Below, piece after piece: positions 58,301 to 64,000 of a stretch of 64,000 nt of DNA. The notes under the pieces were generated by a model. The model did no database searches. It saw nothing but the letters and a program-made list of their open reading frames with translations, and was not told the origin of the DNA. The translations under genes and the position numbers were made by a program. Position 1 is the stretch's first letter; each line of letters opens with the position of its first letter. The stretch is from contig CP181291.1 of assembly GCA_052279835.1 (NCBI GenBank), positions 1,760,001 to 1,824,000 of the forward strand, given 5' to 3'. The stretch is from Microcoleus sp. Its GTDB lineage: Bacteria > Cyanobacteriota > Cyanobacteriia > Cyanobacteriales > Microcoleaceae.

Positions 58301-61300
58301 AAACTTCACTGAAGGCAAACAGTTCGGTCAGTTAGCTTATCACCTTGCTGAGGAAACGAACGCTAAGTATATTAAATCAGCAACATTTCTGCTGATCGGG
58401 CAATTGATTCACCACCGCACAGCTCATATGAGAGAAACGCTATCAATTGCTAGAGATGGCTATCAAGCAGGGTTAGACACAGGAAATTTAGAGTATGCCG
58501 GATACAACGGGCACGGCTTTTGTCTGCACGCCTACTGGTGCGGTGAAGGGCTGATCGAGCTTGAGTCTCAAATCTGCGCTTATCGCGATAATTTTCTAGC
58601 TCTTAATCAAATTCCTGCGTCCAACTATTGTTTAATTTACTGGGAAACCGTTCTGCGACTGTTAGGTAATCCTCAAAATTTAGAAGTTCCGTTTCTGAAA
58701 GATAGTTACGAACAGGAATTAGTTTCTCAGTGTTTGGCAACTAAGGATTCCTTTCGTTTGTCTTTGTTTTATATCTACCGGTTTACCTTAAATTTCTTGC
58801 TGGAAGACCTAGCACTTGCTGAAAAATATGCCACTCTAACTAGGCCCTATTTACCATTATTAATGGGTAATATTTGCGAAGCTGTGTTTTATTTTTACGA
58901 CTCTCTCACAGCCCTTGCTGGTCATCAAAAATCGGTTGTGGAACTAGGGGTTGAGTCGGAGCGAGTTCAGGAAAATCAAGCAAAGTTGCAGCAATGGGCG
59001 GATCATGCTCCCATGAATCACCTGCACAAATACTATTTGGTTGAAGCAGAAAAGTATCGCGTTGGGGAGCAATACAAGGAGGCAATTGAATTGTACGATC
59101 GCGCGATCGCCCTCGCCCAAAAAAATAAATACATCCAAGAAGAAGCACTAGCCAACGAACTCGCGGCCAAATTTTACCTAGATTGGGGGAAAGAGAAAGT
59201 TGCCGCAGGTTATATGCAGGAAGCCTACTACTGCTACGCCCGCTGGGGTGCAAAAGCCAAAGTAGAGGATTTGGAAAAACGCTATCCCCAACTGCTGCAA
59301 CCGATTCTGCAAGAACGACGACTCAGCCTCAATCCCAGAGAAACCATCGCCACTATTGCCCTAGGTTCCACCTCCACTCATACTTCTAGTAGCAGCATTT
59401 CTGATGCCCTAGATTTCGCCTCCGCCCTCAAAGCAGCTCAAGCCATTTCTAGTAGTATTGAACTCGATGAATTGATGGCGAGTCTCACCCGCATTCTCTT
59501 AGAAAACTCCGGGGCAAAAAAGGTGGCTTTGGTTCTGCTTCAAGATGAGACTTGGCAAGTGAGAGCGGTTGCTTGTGTCGCTCATCATGCCAAGGGTGAG
59601 GCTGAGATAGAAACTGTTTTGGTTTCCCAGTCGCTAGACGATTGCAAAGATGTTCCCAGACCGCTAATTCATTATGTTAAAAATACGCAGAATTCGGTTA
59701 TTGTCGATCGCCTAAAAACCGAAATTCCTGGATTATTTGGGGAGTATATGTTAACCCATAAACCCCAAAGCGTGTTGGGCGTGCCTATTATTAATCAAGG
59801 GCATTTGCTGGGGGTTCTGTATCTGGAAAATCAACTGACTGGTGGGGTGTTTACTAGCGATCGTTTGCAAGTAATCAATTTGCTTTCTACCCAGGCAGCC
59901 ATTGCTTTACAAAATGCTCAACTCTATGCTAAGCAACAAGAAAAAACGAGGGAGATATCGGAAAAAGAAGAAGAATATCGCAGTATTTTTGAAAGCGTTA
60001 ATGATGGGTTGTCAATTTGTGATTTGGAGACGGGGAAAATAGTTGCGATTAATCCGGCTCTTGGTCGAATGTTTGGTTATACCCAACAGGAGTGGCTAAG
60101 TTTGAGGCCGATAGATTTCATGCACCCAGATTCTCTCGATTCTTTTGGCAGTTTGTTGGCAACTCTGAGGGCTGGGGAGGAGTTTGATGTGACGGAGGGT
60201 GTTTGCAGGCGGAAGGATGGTAGTTTTTTTGATTGTGAGGCGAAGGCGCTCCCTTTTGTGTACAAGGGTAAGTTGCATGGGTTAAGTATTTTAAGAGATA
60301 TTACTAAGCAGCAAGCTGCACTCCGCGAGCGTCTAAAAGCGGAGGCTGAGCTTGCAGAAAGTGAAGCTTATCATCGTCGGTTGTTTGAGCAGTGTCCTAT
60401 TGGTTTGTTAGTATGCCGCATGAATGGGCAACTGTTGTATGCTAATGCGGCTTATGCCAAAATTGTTGGGCGCACCCATGAGGAATTAGCGTCTTTGACT
60501 TATTTGGAAATAACTCCTCAAGATTATATCCATATGGAACAATTGCAACTCCAAAGTCTCGAAACAATCGGATGCTATGGTCCTTATGAGAAAGAGTATA
60601 TTCACAAGGATGGGCATCTTGTGCCTGTGCGACTGTCGGGTGTGATTGTTGAGCGTTATGGTGAGAGGTTTATTTGGTCTAGTGTTGAAGATATTACCGA
60701 TCGCAAGCAAGCGGAGTTAGCTGTACTTCATAAGTCGGAGCGGCTAGAACAAGCTCTGGAAGAGCTGCAACGGGCCCAATTGCAAATGGTGCAAAGTGAA
60801 AAAATGTCTGCTTTGGGCAATTTGGTGGCTGGGGTTGCTCATGAAATGAACAATCCTCTGGGTTTTATTTCTGTTAGTCTCCAACAACTTCAGCCTATGG
60901 TTACTGAGTTAATTGAGCATCTGAGGTTGTATCAAGAAAATCTCCTAAATCCCAGCCCCGAAATTATCGCTCATGCAGAAGAAATAGATTTGGAGTACAG
61001 CTTAGAAGACTTACCCAAGGTAATTAATTCCATGGCGATCGCCTGCGATCGCCTCAAGAGTATCAGTGTCAGTTTGCGCACTTTTTCGCGCGGCGACAAG
61101 GATTACAAGGTTTTGTTTAATATCCACGAAGGAATCGACAGTACCATTTTGATTCTCAAACACCGCCTGAAGGCTTCGGAAAGTCGTCCGGCGATCGCAG
61201 TAATAACTGAGTACGGCAACTTACCGACAATTGAATGCTTCCCCGGACAACTCAATCAGGTGTTTATGAATATTCTCGCCAATGCGATCGATGCCTTAGA

Positions 61301-61607
61301 AGAATCAAATACGGGGCGGAAATTTGAGGACATTCAAGCAAATCCCAATCGCATTGTTATCAAAACTTCTGTGGCTGACAATCAGGTGCAGGTAACTATA
61401 GCCGACAACGGGAAGGGGATGAGCCAGGAGCTACAGCAGAAAATATTTGACCATTTGTTTACTACGAAGGGGGTGGGTAAGGGTACGGGGTTGGGGTTGG
61501 CGATCGCGCGTCAAATCATTGTGGAAAAGCATGGTGGCATCATTGAAACCCAGTCTACGCTAGGAACGGGAACGAAATTTATGATTAAAATTCCTATCCA
61601 TCCCTAG
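55356..61607 (+). CDS. Ser/Thr kinase - AAA ATPase - GAF - 2xPAS - histidine kinase
   Basis: Same architecture plus two PAS/PAC domains (CRRKDGS..RDIT; IHKDGH..EDITDRK). Confidence 0.93.
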   Translation: MKNDFNNQLSLKGYQVTETLYQGTKTEVCRARRLADKQAVVIKILRIEYPTFGEMLNFRNQYIIAKNLQNPGIVSPLCLETYRHSYALVMEDFGGISLREYTKTHTLELTEFLEIALQLSDILHYLYQNRIIHKDIKPANILIHPETKQVKLIDFSISSLLPKETPEIKNPSGLEGTLAYISPEQTGRMNRGIDYRSDFYSLGVTLFELLTGELPFQSDDPMELVHCHIAKIPPLVIGEEIPQVLGDLVMKLMAKNAEDRYQSALGLKHDIEKCLKQLQETGNIVQFELGERDICDRFIIPEKLYGRESEVRQLLEAFERVANPPQPPLGLRGSEMMLVAGFSGIGKTAVVNEVHKPIVRQRGYFIKGKFDQFNRNIPLSAFVQAFRDLIGQLLSESDAQLQRWKAKIIEVLGDNAQAIVEVIPELERIIGKQPIPPELSGTAAQNRFNLLFQKFIQVFTTKQHPLAIFLDDLQWADLTSLKLLQLLMQDTGHLLVLGAYRDNEVFPAHPFLLTVHELVKNGSTVNTITLPPLSWADTNQLVADTLKCGAQLALPLTELLYQKTQGNPFFATQFLKALHEDKLITFHPPQSLLSKGGSQGGWQCDIAQVKALALTDDVVEFMALQLEKLPSSTQEVLKLAACIGAQFELNTLAIVSQKLPEVTAALLWQALQSGLIIPVTEVYKFFADSEGSAIAQPGANATYKFLHDRVQQAAYSLIPESQRAIAHYQIGQLLLQQISPSAREESIFELVNQLNYGTTLIAEPTERDELAQLNLSAARKARSATAYQAACEYATVGLKLLGTDAWQRQYQMTLALHELAAEIASLLGDFEQMNQWIATTLHHAKTPLEQVQVYQVKIQSLTSGNEFLEAIATGQSVLKILGVSLPDCPKTEETQLLMEEIAALIGDRAIEKLIHLPAMVDAQQLAVMKILANILPACAMSHSPVFPVAIGLQVKFSIQHGNSPVSAFGYANYGFLLNTLLQNFTEGKQFGQLAYHLAEETNAKYIKSATFLLIGQLIHHRTAHMRETLSIARDGYQAGLDTGNLEYAGYNGHGFCLHAYWCGEGLIELESQICAYRDNFLALNQIPASNYCLIYWETVLRLLGNPQNLEVPFLKDSYEQELVSQCLATKDSFRLSLFYIYRFTLNFLLEDLALAEKYATLTRPYLPLLMGNICEAVFYFYDSLTALAGHQKSVVELGVESERVQENQAKLQQWADHAPMNHLHKYYLVEAEKYRVGEQYKEAIELYDRAIALAQKNKYIQEEALANELAAKFYLDWGKEKVAAGYMQEAYYCYARWGAKAKVEDLEKRYPQLLQPILQERRLSLNPRETIATIALGSTSTHTSSSSISDALDFASALKAAQAISSSIELDELMASLTRILLENSGAKKVALVLLQDETWQVRAVACVAHHAKGEAEIETVLVSQSLDDCKDVPRPLIHYVKNTQNSVIVDRLKTEIPGLFGEYMLTHKPQSVLGVPIINQGHLLGVLYLENQLTGGVFTSDRLQVINLLSTQAAIALQNAQLYAKQQEKTREISEKEEEYRSIFESVNDGLSICDLETGKIVAINPALGRMFGYTQQEWLSLRPIDFMHPDSLDSFGSLLATLRAGEEFDVTEGVCRRKDGSFFDCEAKALPFVYKGKLHGLSILRDITKQQAALRERLKAEAELAESEAYHRRLFEQCPIGLLVCRMNGQLLYANAAYAKIVGRTHEELASLTYLEITPQDYIHMEQLQLQSLETIGCYGPYEKEYIHKDGHLVPVRLSGVIVERYGERFIWSSVEDITDRKQAELAVLHKSERLEQALEELQRAQLQMVQSEKMSALGNLVAGVAHEMNNPLGFISVSLQQLQPMVTELIEHLRLYQENLLNPSPEIIAHAEEIDLEYSLEDLPKVINSMAIACDRLKSISVSLRTFSRGDKDYKVLFNIHEGIDSTILILKHRLKASESRPAIAVITEYGNLPTIECFPGQLNQVFMNILANAIDALEESNTGRKFEDIQANPNRIVIKTSVADNQVQVTIADNGKGMSQELQQKIFDHLFTTKGVGKGTGLGLAIARQIIVEKHGGIIETQSTLGTGTKFMIKIPIHP

Positions 61608-61916
61608 CAAGTAAGTGTTAATCGTCCGAGTAAGTCCCTGGGATATCTGGGAGAGAAATTGTAGATTTACCCATGCCCGTTGCGAAGGAGTGCATCAGCC
61701 AAATTCCGCGTCGATTTTTGCCCTCGTTAAGTCAGAGAACATTCGTCAATTGTGGGGACAATCACCAATAAAACTGCTCGCGATCGCTCTTCATCTCTCA
61801 AGTACCATATATAACAATAAAGTCTACCTTCTGTGTGGGATCGCCCCGCAGCTCAAACACCAGGAAAAAATAGCACGTTCAACACCAAACCATCACCCTC
61901 GGACCAAGCGCTCATC

Positions 61917-64000
61917 ATGGATAACTCCCTAGAAACCACCAACCTAAATTGGCAAAGCCCACCACCTTCTGTATCGCCAAATCAGCTTCAATTGTGGCAG
62001 CACCTTTGGGAAGAAGTGAGTTATGGGATTTGGGTCCTGGATGTTTTGGATCAAGGCCAAGAGTTTCGGTACGCAGCCTTTAATCCGGCGATCGCCCGCA
62101 CTAGCCCGATCCCTGTCGAGCAATTGCTGGGCCTGACTGTCACCGAAGCCCTCCCGGAAGCGATGGCGAAAGTTTACCACCACCGCTATAGTCAGTGCGT
62201 GCGATCGGGGAAATCCATTTGCTTTGAGGAACGCTTTTGCCACAGTGAAGAGGAAGTTTGGTGGCGACTGACAGTGAGCCCGCTGCGAAACCATTGTCAG
62301 CAGATCGATCGGCTAGTGGTGACGGCGATCGATATTAGCGAATTCTACTGTGTCGATGGTGATTTGGGCGATCGCACAACGACCCAAATAGCTTTGCGCG
62401 AAAGCCAGCAGCAGTTACAGCTTGCTCTCCGCGTTGCGAAAATGGGGGTTTGGTATTGGGATGTGGCAACGAATGTAATTACTTGGACTGCGGAAGCGGA
62501 GAGGGTTTTTGGGTTAGAAGCCGGTACTTTTGGGGGTTCGCTGTCGGCTTTTTTGGAGAGGCTGCATCCCGATGAGTTAGAACCTGTGAATCGGGCTCTC
62601 CAACGAGCTCTAGATGGGGAAGAGGTTTATCAAATTGAGTACCGAACTATTTTCCCAGATGGCACGATTCACTGGATTGAGGCTCAGGGGGATGTGTTGC
62701 GAGATTCAGGGGGGCTGCCTATTTCTATGATAGGGGTGGTGAGAGATGTTAGCGATCGCAAACGGGATCAAAAAGAGCAGGCTCGCTTATTATCAATTTT
62801 GGAAGCTACTTCGGATTTTGTGGGTACTGCTGACTCCAAGGGCCTGGTGCTTTATATGAATCGGGCCGCCAGAGAGATGGTGGGGCTGCCGCCAGAGGAA
62901 GCCATCGCGCACAGAAGCTTGAGTGACAACCATCCAGCATGGGTGAATCAGCTCATGTTCGGTGAAGCTTTACCGGAAACAATGCGATCGGGTAGTTGGC
63001 TGGGCGAGACAGCTATCTTAGGGAAAGATGGGCGGGAAGTTCCTGTTTCCCAACTGATTTTGGCCCATCACTCGCCAGCGGGAGAACTTGAGTATTTCTC
63101 AACGATTGCACGGGATATTAGCGATCGCAAACAGCAAGAAAATGCCCTACGCTTCATTGTTGAAGGGACTGTTTCTAAGACAGGTGGTGAGTTTTTCCGC
63201 GCTTGCGTAGAGCATCTGGCTGAAATTTGCCAAGTCAAGTATGCCTTCATTACGGAACTGGTAGATCGGACTTTTAGTAAGTTGAGAATGCTAGCACTCT
63301 GGACGGGGGAGGGGTTTGCGGAACCTTATGAATTTGACGTGGCAGGAACGCCCTGTAGCGTTGTGTTTCGGGAAACCTGGGGCGTTTTTCCCGATCGACT
63401 TAGGGCGCAGTTTCCTGATGCCGATAGGCTGGCTACTTTGGGTTGTGAAAGTTATTTGGGTGTTGCGATCGTGGATTCCCAGGGTAGGGCAATGGGTAAT
63501 CTGGGAATTCTCGATACTAAGCCGCTGACGGGCAATCTGAGTGTTGCTAAGTCTATTTTGCAGCTTTTTGCAGCGCGGGTGGGGGCGGAAATGGAGCGTC
63601 ATGCTGTGGAGCTCAAACTTCAGGAGCAAGAGCAGTTTCTGAGAACTGTTTATGAAGGTGCAAATCAGCCGATATTTGCGATCGATGTTTTGCCGGATAA
63701 TCAGTTTCGCTATGTGGGTTGGAATGCTGCGGCCGAAGCAGCATCGGGTATGCGCAGTCAGGATATTAGCGGCAAAACTCCCGAAGAAATTTATGGTGTG
63801 GAAGCTGGTGCTTTAGAGCGTCAACGCTTGGAAAAATGTTTGGCTTCAGAAAGGTCGGGCAGTTATGAAGAATGTCTCGTGTTTGAGGGGCAAAAGTCTT
63901 GGTGGGTGACTACTCACAATCCGGTTAAAGATAGTAATGGCAAGGTTTATCGGTTGATTGGGACTACTTTTGATATCAGTCATCGCAAGGTTACTGAAGC
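61917..64000 (+). CDS. Multi-PAS/GAF sensor protein (probably a histidine kinase); runs off the right edge of the window
   Basis: Not in the ORF track. ATG 61917 gives MDNSLETTNLNWQ...GIWVLDVLDQGQEFRYAAFNPA; later MGVWYWD, EYRTIFPDGTIHWIEAQG and RDISDRK PAS/PAC motifs, and a GAF-like segment. Confidence 0.85.
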   Translation, partial: MDNSLETTNLNWQSPPPSVSPNQLQLWQHLWEEVSYGIWVLDVLDQGQEFRYAAFNPAIARTSPIPVEQLLGLTVTEALPEAMAKVYHHRYSQCVRSGKSICFEERFCHSEEEVWWRLTVSPLRNHCQQIDRLVVTAIDISEFYCVDGDLGDRTTTQIALRESQQQLQLALRVAKMGVWYWDVATNVITWTAEAERVFGLEAGTFGGSLSAFLERLHPDELEPVNRALQRALDGEEVYQIEYRTIFPDGTIHWIEAQGDVLRDSGGLPISMIGVVRDVSDRKRDQKEQARLLSILEATSDFVGTADSKGLVLYMNRAAREMVGLPPEEAIAHRSLSDNHPAWVNQLMFGEALPETMRSGSWLGETAILGKDGREVPVSQLILAHHSPAGELEYFSTIARDISDRKQQENALRFIVEGTVSKTGGEFFRACVEHLAEICQVKYAFITELVDRTFSKLRMLALWTGEGFAEPYEFDVAGTPCSVVFRETWGVFPDRLRAQFPDADRLATLGCESYLGVAIVDSQGRAMGNLGILDTKPLTGNLSVAKSILQLFAARVGAEMERHAVELKLQEQEQFLRTVYEGANQPIFAIDVLPDNQFRYVGWNAAAEAASGMRSQDISGKTPEEIYGVEAGALERQRLEKCLASERSGSYEECLVFEGQKSWWVTTHNPVKDSNGKVYRLIGTTFDISHRKVTE

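Noticed and set aside
61615..63629. Short ORFs listed in the track at the right end
   Set aside because: Most are shadows of the long PAS-domain gene starting at 61917; 61615-61932 is a motif-less ORF in the intergenic gap.

Overview
This is a 64-kb chromosomal segment of a filamentous (Oscillatoriales-like) cyanobacterium, judged from frequent HIP1 GCGATCGC octamers, heptamer STRR tracts and the ndhL and psb30 genes. Most of it is housekeeping or ordinary accessory genes: secG, gpmI, cax, comA-like PLD/ComEA, cysteine desulfurase, thiL, ndhL, trpA, lnt, recJ, psb30, pepA, lytic transglycosylase and cydAB. Three parts stand out. (1) An ~8.2-kb integrative element (21204-29398) sits in the 3' end of an intron-less tRNA-Leu(UAA). 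It has a 21-bp att duplication, arm-type repeats, a tyrosine integrase, a coupled operon of small membrane proteins, a palindrome array, and a Zn-finger/TOPRIM/DUF3987-like primase gene carrying 12 octamer repeats inside its coding sequence. It also has a small regulator gene overlaid by a second octamer array and ending in a canonical -1 programmed frameshift signal (G_GGA_AAA plus an 11-bp stem) that would fuse it to a coiled-coil ORF. (2) A tightly linked wHTH / P-loop ATPase / PD-(D/E)xK nuclease operon lies at the left edge and is a candidate defence system. (3) Three giant Ser/Thr kinase-AAA-GAF-His kinase genes form a tandem array in which the middle copy looks chimeric. Palindromic repeats are inserted in frame in several genes. 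All family assignments come from motif recognition by eye; no searches were run.
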